A stretch of DNA of 64,000 nucleotides from an uncultured Gammaproteobacteria bacterium (lineage in GTDB: Bacteria > Patescibacteriota > Microgenomatia > PFEM01 > JAPLYW01): contig OZ246397.1 of NCBI GenBank assembly GCA_965230945.1, positions 4,692 through 68,691 of the forward strand, in the 5' to 3' direction. A program made the position numbers and the translations under genes. Of the stretch, positions 55,272-64,000 are shown piece by piece (the stretch's first letter is position 1; every line of letters starts with the position of its first letter). The notes under the pieces are model-generated. The model made no database searches. It saw only the letters and a list, made by a program, of their open reading frames with translations, and was not told the origin of the DNA.

Positions 55272-55718
55272 ATGGAAAAGGAAACTCCAAATATGAGTCG
55301 ATTTGTAATCGTACTTATTGAAACAGCAAAAGTAGAAAATTGGGAGAAAGTAGATAAAAAACTTATTCCCCAATTGAAAGATTTTGATGGAAATCAAATA
55401 AGCAAAGAACTTTTAGACTATGTAAAAGACAAAGATGCCAACGTTAGAGATGTAGTGGCAACTGCCTTATCTCCTCTAAAAATTTCTAATGAACAAATAA
55501 AACATCAGGCGGTAAAAGCAATGATCGAAATGGCGACTGAAGATAACGAAAGGTTTCCCGCTGGCAGGGCCGCAGTTTTTCTTCTTGGGTATAAACAAGA
55601 AGAAAATTTTAAAGAAGAAATAGAAGAAGCGTTAAATTCTTTTAAGGAGAAAACTGAAAACAAAGGATGGAAATCAGAGTTGCTAGAAAATATTTCTTCG
55701 TTAAAAGAAATTTTTTAA
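55272..55718 (+). CDS. Hypothetical protein, HEAT-repeat-like
   Basis: D.DANVRDVVATAL motif; TGGTATAAT just upstream. Confidence 0.65.
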   Translation: MEKETPNMSRFVIVLIETAKVENWEKVDKKLIPQLKDFDGNQISKELLDYVKDKDANVRDVVATALSPLKISNEQIKHQAVKAMIEMATEDNERFPAGRAAVFLLGYKQEENFKEEIEEALNSFKEKTENKGWKSELLENISSLKEIF

Positions 55719-56395
55719 TGGTTAAACTCTATTTAGTATCAACACCTATCGGCAACCTTAAAGATGTCAGTTTACGTGCCTTAGACGTTTTGTCTTCTGT
55801 TAATATTATTGCCTGTGAGGATACCCGTAAAACCGGTTTATTACTAAAAAAGTTAGAAGTTAAGAACAATCCTAAACTGATTTCTTATTATGAAGAAAAC
55901 GAAATAGGACGTATTCCGCAAATTATTTCTTTTCTTAAATCAGGTAAAAAAGTAGCCCTGGTTTCAAATGCCGGCACACCTACAATATCTGATCCTGGTT
56001 TTAAATTAGTCCGAGAATGTATTAAAGAAGACATAAAGATAGAAGCTATTCCTGGAGCTTCGGCAATTTTATCTGCTTTAGTGGTTTCTGGACTGCCTAC
56101 AGATAAATTTCTCTTCTTGGGATTCTTGCCAAAGAAAGCAGGCAAAAGGAAAAAAATATTAGAATCTTTACCTAAAGAGACAACAATTGTTTTATTTATC
56201 TCTCCTTACAGATTAGCCAAAAGACTAGAAGAATTACAATCTTTCTTTGGTGATATAGAAGTCGTTGTTTGCCGGGAACTTACCAAGATACATGAAGAGA
56301 TAAGAAGAGAAAAGATTAGCGATTCAATCAGCTATTTTGAGAAAAACAAGCCTCGAGGAGAATTCACTCTTTGTTTTAATACCTCTCTAAAGTAG
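55718..56395 (+). CDS. rsmI: 16S rRNA C1402 2'-O-methyltransferase
   Basis: LYLVSTPIGNL.D, CEDTR, AGTP.ISDPG, CRELTKIHEE; ATG at 55718. Confidence 0.95.
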   Translation: MVKLYLVSTPIGNLKDVSLRALDVLSSVNIIACEDTRKTGLLLKKLEVKNNPKLISYYEENEIGRIPQIISFLKSGKKVALVSNAGTPTISDPGFKLVRECIKEDIKIEAIPGASAILSALVVSGLPTDKFLFLGFLPKKAGKRKKILESLPKETTIVLFISPYRLAKRLEELQSFFGDIEVVVCRELTKIHEEIRREKISDSISYFEKNKPRGEFTLCFNTSLK

Positions 56396-58082
56396 AAGTA
56401 TCTCCAATAGGAAGACCCAGCTCTTTTGCTTTAAGAAACCTCCGTACAATCTTACCCGAACTTGTTTTAGGAAGTTTTTTTACAAATTCAATTTCTCGTG
56501 GATAGGCATGGCCAGCAAGGTTCTTCTTGACGTAGGTCTGTAGGGTCTTTTTTAAGGCTTCTGAAGGCTTCACAGAGGCTTCTAAGACCACAAAAGCCTT
56601 AATTATCTCACCCCTAATAGGATCGGGCTTACCAATGACTCCAGATTCAACTACTGCCGCATGTTCCAAAAGACTAGATTCCACTTCAAAGGGGCCCACT
56701 CTCTCCCCGGAGGTTTTAATGACATCATCTGCCCTGCCCACAAACCAAAAGTAGCCGTCCTTATCCTTGTAAGCTAAATCACCGCTGATATACCAACCTT
56801 TTTTAAAATAGCTTTTATATTTTTTATGCCTTCGCCAAATTGCTTTCATCATTGAAGGCCAGGGAGGTTTAATGGCTAAATTTCCTATTTTTTCTGATGA
56901 CAATTTCTCCCCTTTATCATTGACCACTCCAGCGGTAATACCAGGGATCGGTTTTCCCATTGAGCCTGGCTTAATATCCATACAAGGATAATTGGCAATT
57001 AAAATTCCTCCTGTTTCTGTTTGCCACCAATTATCATGAAAGGGTAAACCAAAAGCCTTTAATCCCCACCAAATGGCTTCTGGATTAAGCGGCTCCCCTA
57101 CAGAAGCGAGATGCCGAAGCGAAGAAAGATCATATTTTTTAACCAAATGAGAATTTTTAGCGGCTAACATGCGAATGGCTGTGGGTGCGGTATACCAGAT
57201 ATTAACTTGATAATCCTCAATTAACTGATACCATTTAGCCGGATCAAAGCGTCCTTCATAGACTAGTGTGGAGGCGCCATTACTCCAATTTCCTAAAATA
57301 CCATAGCCAATTCCCGTTACCCACCCCGGATCAGCCGTACACCAAAAAACATCTTCCTCACGCAAATCAAGTACCCATTTGGCCGTCATATGTTCAAGCA
57401 AAATTGCCTGGTGAGTATGAATTACGCCTTTAGGTTTTCCGGTTGTGCCTGAGGTGTAAAGCATGAAGGCAGGATCAGAAGGATCCATTGGAAGGCAACG
57501 TCGCTTTAAAGAAAAACGACTTAACATTTTCGTCAGATTTTCTACCAAAACAATTTTTTTCAAATTTGGTAAATTTTTTTCGATTTTTTGGACGCGAGGA
57601 TATAAATTTTTGTTGGTAATCAAGATTTTTGCTGAAGAATTATTAAGACGGTCCTCAAGCGCTCGTGGTCCAAAGGCGGCAAACAAGGTTCCTGCTATGG
57701 CGCCAATTTTTAATGTTCCCAAAAAACCCCAATAAAGCTCGGGAATTCGAGGTAAAAAGAAAAAAACGCGATCACTCTTTTTAATCCCTAAACTTTTTAG
57801 AAAATTAGCGAATTGGTTGCTAAGAAAACAGAGTTCAAGAAAAGTAAATTTTTTCTCTTCTCCTTTTTCGCCTTCCCAATACAAAGCCACTTTGTTTTTT
57901 CTTGGACCTAAAGCGTGACGGTCAAGGGCATTATAAGCTGCATTTATTTTTTTTCCTGAAAACCAAGAAATTTCTTTCTCCGCCTCTTTCCAATTATATT
58001 TTTGATAAGTTTTTGAGTAATCAACCAGGTTGGGTAGTGTGGATAAAATTTTCTTCTTTTTAATAATTTTTTTCTTGGTCAT
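56376..58082 (-). CDS. acsA: Acetate--CoA ligase (AMP-forming)
   Basis: YTSGTTGKPKG, WCTADPGWVTG, VGEPLNPE, WWQTETG, PKTSSGK. Confidence 0.92.
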   Translation of the reverse strand: MTKKKIIKKKKILSTLPNLVDYSKTYQKYNWKEAEKEISWFSGKKINAAYNALDRHALGPRKNKVALYWEGEKGEEKKFTFLELCFLSNQFANFLKSLGIKKSDRVFFFLPRIPELYWGFLGTLKIGAIAGTLFAAFGPRALEDRLNNSSAKILITNKNLYPRVQKIEKNLPNLKKIVLVENLTKMLSRFSLKRRCLPMDPSDPAFMLYTSGTTGKPKGVIHTHQAILLEHMTAKWVLDLREEDVFWCTADPGWVTGIGYGILGNWSNGASTLVYEGRFDPAKWYQLIEDYQVNIWYTAPTAIRMLAAKNSHLVKKYDLSSLRHLASVGEPLNPEAIWWGLKAFGLPFHDNWWQTETGGILIANYPCMDIKPGSMGKPIPGITAGVVNDKGEKLSSEKIGNLAIKPPWPSMMKAIWRRHKKYKSYFKKGWYISGDLAYKDKDGYFWFVGRADDVIKTSGERVGPFEVESSLLEHAAVVESGVIGKPDPIRGEIIKAFVVLEASVKPSEALKKTLQTYVKKNLAGHAYPREIEFVKKLPKTSSGKIVRRFLKAKELGLPIGDTSTLERY

Positions 58083-58086
58083 AAAT

Positions 58087-59703
58087 TTAAAAATTTAGTA
58101 GGTTTCTCCCGGTCATCAAACCAGGCTTGCTTATCCCCATAATTGACAATATAGTGGGGGCAACATCGGCCAAAACACCAGTTTTTAAGATTTGACTCCT
58201 TTGCATAAATTCTTTGCCAACAATAATAAAAGGCACCAGATTGGTTGAGTGTTTAGTGTCAACCTCGCCGGTAACTAAACTAAGCATTTCTTCAACATTG
58301 CCATGATCGGCAACAACAAAACAATTGCCATTTAGGTTTAAAACTACTCTTACAATTTCTCCTAAACATTCATCAACTACCTCACAAGCTTTAATGCCTG
58401 CTTTTAAAACACCGGTATGACCCACCATATCAGGATTAGCAAAATTAATCACCACAAAATCGTAAAGACTTAATTTAATTCTCCTAATTAGCTCCTCCGT
58501 CAGTTGATAAGCCGACATTTCTGGTTTCTTGTCATAGGTAGCTACCTTGGGAGATGGGATTTCTATCCGATCTTCTCCTAAAAAAGGTTTTTCCCTTTGT
58601 CCGTCAAAATAATAAGTCACAAACCTCTCTTTTTCAGTTTCGGCTAAATGAAGCTGTTGCAATCCATTCTCTGATACAACACTTGCTAGGGGCATCTTAA
58701 CAGGTCTTGCCGGACAAGCAATCTCTGTTGCTAAATCTTTTTCATATTCAGTCATAGTAACAAAACAGAGATCTTCTAAGACCTTTTTTCTAATAAAGGG
58801 CTTTTTAACACTTGGGAGCTGGTATTGCCTTAGGCCATATTTTTCCGCATAAGGGTCAAAGGTAGCTCTGGTTAACTTCAACTTCTCAAAATCTTTTAAG
58901 ACGAAAGCCTTAGTCAGTTGTCTGGGTCGGTCAATCCGGAAATTAAAAAAGATGATTCCGTCATGATCTTTAATTAAACCTTGCTTATCTAAAAGTAAAG
59001 GCTCTAAAAATTCATCAGTTTTATCTTGTTTATAGTTTTCCTTTAAGGACTCTTTAATGCTGGTTGAAGTTTTACCTTTTCCTTCTGTAATTAATTCATA
59101 AGCCTTTTGGGTTCTTTCCCAGCGATGATCACGATCCATGGCAAAATAACGGCCACATAGGGTGGCTATTTTACCAATGCCTATTTTTTCAATTTCTTCT
59201 TCAATACGGTTAATATGAATGAGGGCAGAGTTGGGTGGGGAATCACGACCATCAGTAAAAAGATGTAGATAAAGGTTTTCAAGAGTCTCTGTTTTAGCCA
59301 ATTTAAGGAGAGCGAAAAGATGGTTTAAACTGGAATGGACACCACCAAAACCAATAAGGCCTATGAGATGTAAAGCAGAACTTTTTTTCTTGACATGATT
59401 AATTACATTTTTAAAAGCAGGGATTTTAAAAAAACTACCATCGCTGATAGAATTGTTAATACGGGGTAGATCCTGGAAAACAACATTACCCGCTCCGAGG
59501 TTTAAATGACCAGTTTCTGAATTACCGTCTTCACCTTTAGGCGAACCAACGGCTTCCCCAGAAGCTAAAAGTTCAGTATGAGGATAAACAGACCATAACT
59601 TATCAAAATTAGGAGTTTTGGCTAAATCAAGGGCATTACCTGGGTGAGGAAGCGCCAGTCCCCAACCATCAAGGATAATCAAAACAGTAGGTTTTTTCAT
59701 CAC
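58087..59703 (-). CDS. gpmI: 2,3-BPG-independent phosphoglycerate mutase
   Basis: ILDGWG, GNSETGH, GRYFAMDRD, NPDMVGHTG, ADHGN. Confidence 0.96.
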   Translation of the reverse strand: MMKKPTVLIILDGWGLALPHPGNALDLAKTPNFDKLWSVYPHTELLASGEAVGSPKGEDGNSETGHLNLGAGNVVFQDLPRINNSISDGSFFKIPAFKNVINHVKKKSSALHLIGLIGFGGVHSSLNHLFALLKLAKTETLENLYLHLFTDGRDSPPNSALIHINRIEEEIEKIGIGKIATLCGRYFAMDRDHRWERTQKAYELITEGKGKTSTSIKESLKENYKQDKTDEFLEPLLLDKQGLIKDHDGIIFFNFRIDRPRQLTKAFVLKDFEKLKLTRATFDPYAEKYGLRQYQLPSVKKPFIRKKVLEDLCFVTMTEYEKDLATEIACPARPVKMPLASVVSENGLQQLHLAETEKERFVTYYFDGQREKPFLGEDRIEIPSPKVATYDKKPEMSAYQLTEELIRRIKLSLYDFVVINFANPDMVGHTGVLKAGIKACEVVDECLGEIVRVVLNLNGNCFVVADHGNVEEMLSLVTGEVDTKHSTNLVPFIIVGKEFMQRSQILKTGVLADVAPTILSIMGISKPGLMTGRNLLNF

Positions 59704-60962
59704 TTAATATAATGTTTAATTATTTGTTCTATTTCTAAAAGTCGGTTGTATTTGGCTACTCTTTCCCCTCTGGCTGGAGCGCCAAACTTGGTGTATTCAG
59801 CGCCAATACCCACGGCAAAATCAGCAATGAAATCATCATTGGTTTCTCCACTACGATGAGAGACAATAATTTTCCAGTTAGCCTGTCGGGCAATCTTAAC
59901 GACTTCAATAGTTTCGGCAATGGTGCCAATCTGGTTAGGTTTAACTAAGATAGCCGAACAAGCCTTTAATTTAATTGCTTCCTCTACTCTCTTTTTATTG
60001 GCAGCCAGTAAATCATCGCCAACAATAATTGTCCTGGGTAAAGTTTTAACTAACTTTTGCCAACCCTTCCAATCGTCTTCCTGAAGAGGATCTTCTAAGG
60101 TGGCTAAAGGATATTGTTGGTTTAAATCCTTATAAAACTCAATAAATTCATCTAAACCTAGCGGCATGCTACGATCTCTTATTTGATAGCGATTGTCTTT
60201 AAAGAAGCTGTTAGCGGCCACATCAAGACCCAAAAAAACATCTCTATTAAGTCCATACTTAGTTTCTTTGATAGCTTGAGTCAAAACTTCTAAAGCATCA
60301 AGATTAGTAAAAAGATTAGGAGCAAATCCTCCTTCATCGCCGACCGAATGAATGGCGCCATTACGAATTAAAATTTTTTTTACCGACTGATAAATTTCTT
60401 CTCCCATTTTTAAAGCTTCGTGATATTGTTTTTCTTGGAAAGGGACAATATGAAACTCTTGAAAATCTAGATTACCAGCTCCGTGCTTGCCGCCATTAAT
60501 GAGATTGAAGATGGGGGTAGGCATTTGGAACTCTTCTTTTTTAAGTCCATAAAGATGAGAAATATGTTCAAAGCTTGGAACTCCTTCTGTAGCTGCGGCA
60601 GCTTCGCAAATCCCTTGGGAGACAGACAAAATGCTATTAGCCCCTAATTTCGTTTTATTTTCCGTACCGTCTAGAGTGATTAAAATTTTATCAATCTTAA
60701 GCTGATCACAGGGGTCCATACTAATTATTTTAGGAGCAATGACTTGATTAACATTAGCTACGGCCTTTAAAACACCCATGCCATTAAAACGGTCCTCCTC
60801 TTGGTCGCGTAGTTCTAGAGCTTCATATTTACCTATAGAAGCCCCAGAGGGGACGGCAGCGATACCAAAGGTGCCGTCATCCAAAAAGACTTTAGTTTCT
60901 ATAGTTGGATTGCCTCTGGAATCTAGAATTTCTCTGGCCCTAATTTCTTTAATTTTGGCCAT
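59700..60962 (-). CDS. eno: Enolase
   Basis: DSRGNPT, VPSGAS, KPNQIG, SHRSGET. Confidence 0.97.
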   Translation of the reverse strand: MAKIKEIRAREILDSRGNPTIETKVFLDDGTFGIAAVPSGASIGKYEALELRDQEEDRFNGMGVLKAVANVNQVIAPKIISMDPCDQLKIDKILITLDGTENKTKLGANSILSVSQGICEAAAATEGVPSFEHISHLYGLKKEEFQMPTPIFNLINGGKHGAGNLDFQEFHIVPFQEKQYHEALKMGEEIYQSVKKILIRNGAIHSVGDEGGFAPNLFTNLDALEVLTQAIKETKYGLNRDVFLGLDVAANSFFKDNRYQIRDRSMPLGLDEFIEFYKDLNQQYPLATLEDPLQEDDWKGWQKLVKTLPRTIIVGDDLLAANKKRVEEAIKLKACSAILVKPNQIGTIAETIEVVKIARQANWKIIVSHRSGETNDDFIADFAVGIGAEYTKFGAPARGERVAKYNRLLEIEQIIKHYIK

Positions 60963-60964
60963 GG

Positions 60965-63244
60965 TTATTTTTTGACCTTTCTTTTCTCGACTTCATAAAC
61001 TAACTCTCTTGTTCTTTCAATGGCATCAGGACTAACAGAAATGCTGGTGATCCCCCATTCGACTAGCTTCTCTACTAGATCCTCATAGAAGGAAGGGGCC
61101 TGACCACAGATGGAACAAGTAATCTTATGTTTCAGACAGGTTTTTATGGTCTTTTCCAAAGCCCATAAAACGGCCTTATCTTGTTCATTAAAAGCTTCAG
61201 CTAAATGGGCGTTATCACGGTCAATTCCTAAGATAAGCATCGTTAAATCATTAGAGCCGATGGAAACCCCATCAATGCCCACCTTAATAAAGTCTTCAAG
61301 GAGAATGACATTGGCGGGAATCTCAACCATCAGCCAAAGCTCAAAACTAGCACTGCGGCTAAGACCATTGCTGACAACAATCTTTTTCACTTCTTTTAAC
61401 TCTTGGGGAGTACGCACAAAAGGAATCATTAAAGAAAGGTTATTATATTTTTCTCTGACTTTTTTAATGGCTTTTAATTCCAATTCAAAAACGTCATCAT
61501 CAGTAATATAGCGAAAGGCTCCCCGATAACCCAAAAGAGGGTTTTCTTCCTCTGGTTCAAAAGCCTTACCCCCTATTAAATTACGGTATTCATTGGTTTT
61601 AAAATCACTGGCTCTATAAACTACTGGTCTCGGGTAAAAAGCCTGGCAAAAGGTAGCCAAGTTGCTGGCTAAATCATCAATAAATTCTTTTTGCTTTTTA
61701 TCTTTTAAAATTTTCCTGGGATGAATTCCAAATTGAGCAATCATGAACTCGGCCCTTAAAAGTCCGACGCCATCAACGTTCCTTTCCGACACTTCTAGCG
61801 CCAAACGAGGTTCGGCTAAGTTAACGTAAATACGGGTGGCTGTCTTAATTACATTTTGACGTTTAAGGTTTAAGAAAGGGGTTTGTTTCTCTCCTATGGT
61901 TAAACTTTTTTGTTTTAGACCACCTTTGTAAATCTCCCCTTTAGTACCGTTAACGGTAATAATTTCATTATCTTTTAATTTTTCTGTTGCTTTTTGAGTA
62001 CCAACTATACAAGGAACACCCAATTCTCTACTAACAATGGCGGCATGGGAAGTCTGACCACCTTTATTGGTTACAATGGCGGCCACTTTTTTCATGGCTG
62101 GTACAAAGTCAGGAGTCGTCATGGTCGTTACTAAGATATCGCCCTTATTGACTTTGTTTATCTTCTTGGCGGATAAAATTTTTCTCACTGGACCGTAAGC
62201 AATGCCAGGACTAGCCGGAGTACCTTTTAAAATAGGTTCTTTTTTAATCTTATCTTCCAGTTGCTTTTCCTCGTCTTTTTTAATGGTTGTTACTGGTCTT
62301 GATTGGACAATAAGAAACTTCTTTTTATAAAAAACCCACTCAATATCTTGAGGATAAAAGTAGTGTTTGTGTATTTTTTTACCTAATTTGGCCAACTCAA
62401 TAATCTGTTTATCAGTTAATTTTCTTTTTAATCTCAATCTTCTGGGAACTTTAGACTCTTTATTTTTATTACCGACCTTGATTAGCTGAATAGTTTGTTT
62501 TTCCACTTTTTTGGAAAGGATTTCAAAATTGCTGCTATTAAGAGTATAAATATCAGGAGTAACAACACCTTGAACGATATATTCGCCTAGGCCATAAACA
62601 GACTCGATAATAATTCTGTTTTTCTGATGAGTAATAGGATTAATGGTAAACATCACTCCTGAAATATGGGCTGGTACCATTTCTTGAACTGGAACAGCAA
62701 TACCCACCTTAAAATGATCAAAACCTTTTTCTTGACGATAAAAGATGGCTCGTGGTTCGAATAAAGAGGCCCAACAATCTTTGACCCTATTGATAACATT
62801 GGCTTCTCCTTTAACATTTAAGAAAGTTTCCTGTTGGCCAGCAAAAGAGGCTGTCGGTAAGTCTTCTGCCGTTGCCGAAGATCGAATGGCTACCCAAGCG
62901 TGAGAAACAATGCTACCTAGTCTTAAATAATTGTTAATTATTTCCCGAGATAAAGCGGCTGATATTTGCCCCTCTTTAATTAACTTTTTGACTTTTTGGG
63001 AAGCTTCATTTATGGTCTGGAGATCATTAACATCAACTCTTTTTAATTCTTGATAGAGTTTACTTTTTAATTTGTTTTCTTTTAAAAAATCAAAATAGGC
63101 TTTGCTGGTGACAATAAACCCGCGGGGAACCGGGATAGCTGCAGCTGTCATTTCACCCAGGTTAGCCCCTTTACCGCCAACTAGATTAATGTCATCTTTA
63201 TCAACTTCACCAAACCACAGGATATTTTTTTCTTCTTTTTTCAT
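60965..63244 (-). CDS. ppsA: Phosphoenolpyruvate synthase (pyruvate,water dikinase)
   Basis: GGKGANLGE, RSSATAED, TSHAAIVSRELG, SIGSNDLT. Confidence 0.95.
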   Translation of the reverse strand: MKKEEKNILWFGEVDKDDINLVGGKGANLGEMTAAAIPVPRGFIVTSKAYFDFLKENKLKSKLYQELKRVDVNDLQTINEASQKVKKLIKEGQISAALSREIINNYLRLGSIVSHAWVAIRSSATAEDLPTASFAGQQETFLNVKGEANVINRVKDCWASLFEPRAIFYRQEKGFDHFKVGIAVPVQEMVPAHISGVMFTINPITHQKNRIIIESVYGLGEYIVQGVVTPDIYTLNSSNFEILSKKVEKQTIQLIKVGNKNKESKVPRRLRLKRKLTDKQIIELAKLGKKIHKHYFYPQDIEWVFYKKKFLIVQSRPVTTIKKDEEKQLEDKIKKEPILKGTPASPGIAYGPVRKILSAKKINKVNKGDILVTTMTTPDFVPAMKKVAAIVTNKGGQTSHAAIVSRELGVPCIVGTQKATEKLKDNEIITVNGTKGEIYKGGLKQKSLTIGEKQTPFLNLKRQNVIKTATRIYVNLAEPRLALEVSERNVDGVGLLRAEFMIAQFGIHPRKILKDKKQKEFIDDLASNLATFCQAFYPRPVVYRASDFKTNEYRNLIGGKAFEPEEENPLLGYRGAFRYITDDDVFELELKAIKKVREKYNNLSLMIPFVRTPQELKEVKKIVVSNGLSRSASFELWLMVEIPANVILLEDFIKVGIDGVSIGSNDLTMLILGIDRDNAHLAEAFNEQDKAVLWALEKTIKTCLKHKITCSICGQAPSFYEDLVEKLVEWGITSISVSPDAIERTRELVYEVEKRKVKK

Positions 63245-63266
63245 GGGCAGTTTATTTAAATTTATT

Positions 63267-63953
63267 CTAAAGGGAAGCTACTAAAAGGTCAAGCTGGAAA
63301 GAAAGATTAAAAGCTGTTTTTCCTGTTTTTTGCTGAGAGTCAATTCTTAAAAGGCTTTTATAAATAGCAAGTAGCTTATCTAAACCAAATCTGTCACCCT
63401 GGTTGATTAATTTATCTTGACGCCAAGCAGGTATATTAGATAAGCCTTTTTTACCCAAATCACTGGCCAAAATTAAAAAACGGAAATGTCTTACCAGCAT
63501 AAAAAAGATCATCTCCGCAGGTAGCTGCTCTAAAGCCTGATGGAGTAAAAGCAAGGCTGTTTTATTATTACCGGGATGTAAAGAATCTAAAAAGTGAAAG
63601 ATTGTTGGTGTTAGATCAAACCTTAGAACTTGTCCTTGGAAAGGAGCTAAAACACGGCCATCAATCTTTTTACTTTCCCAAATAATTAAGTTTTTAGGAT
63701 TTAATTGCTTAAGATAATCAATAATTTTTTGTTTCTCGTTAGTTTTTCTGCCGCTAAAAAGATTTTCAATCACCACCAGTTCTTGTTCCCCTAGTAGGGA
63801 TAATGATTGGAAAGCTTCTTGAGTATTATTTAAAGTAATTTCATTGCCTTCAAAGTGTAGAATAACCCCTTGGGTTTTTTGTTTAAACTCGGTTGCCTTT
63901 TCTTTTAATTTCTGCCTGCTTTGGACAATATTTTCTCCATGTAAAATAATCAT
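63267..63953 (-). CDS. holA: DNA polymerase III delta subunit-like (short CPR form)
   Basis: MIILHGEN, SLL....VVIE, D...KTG C-terminus. Confidence 0.65.
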   Translation of the reverse strand: MIILHGENIVQSRQKLKEKATEFKQKTQGVILHFEGNEITLNNTQEAFQSLSLLGEQELVVIENLFSGRKTNEKQKIIDYLKQLNPKNLIIWESKKIDGRVLAPFQGQVLRFDLTPTIFHFLDSLHPGNNKTALLLLHQALEQLPAEMIFFMLVRHFRFLILASDLGKKGLSNIPAWRQDKLINQGDRFGLDKLLAIYKSLLRIDSQQKTGKTAFNLSFQLDLLVASL

Positions 63954-64000
63954 AATTTCTTTATTCTTCCATGATGTAATAAACTGCCAGAAAAGTTTTT

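Noticed and set aside
63961-64000. 3' end of a minus-strand ORF upstream of holA
   Set aside because: Only 12 codons visible; cannot be identified

Overview
AT-rich, gene-dense bacterial chromosome segment read in standard code 11. Gene content and order (pilMNO, rpmF-nusB-rnc, short ThrRS and PheT, sortase, DUF5660/DUF5652-like proteins) point by inference to a Patescibacteria (CPR), probably Microgenomates-type, genome. It holds translation genes, 15 tRNAs, a PBP1A, a MacAB-like exporter, a DUF134/NifX-like locus, lexA, a four-gene 2-oxoacid:ferredoxin oxidoreductase and a ppsA-eno-gpmI-acs block. No CRISPR array, rRNA, integrase or transposase was seen. Main unexplained signal: five stereotyped 'expression frames' (mostly near-consensus sigma70 promoter, boxA-like motif, SD-led orphan ORFs, long composite hairpin) in a genome whose core genes look largely leaderless. 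Two frames share near-identical ends but differ in cargo. Also found: a PheM-like leader-peptide attenuator before pheST, two tRNAs with C33, several unannotated microproteins and a candidate LexA box. All calls are by eye from the sequence; no searches were run.
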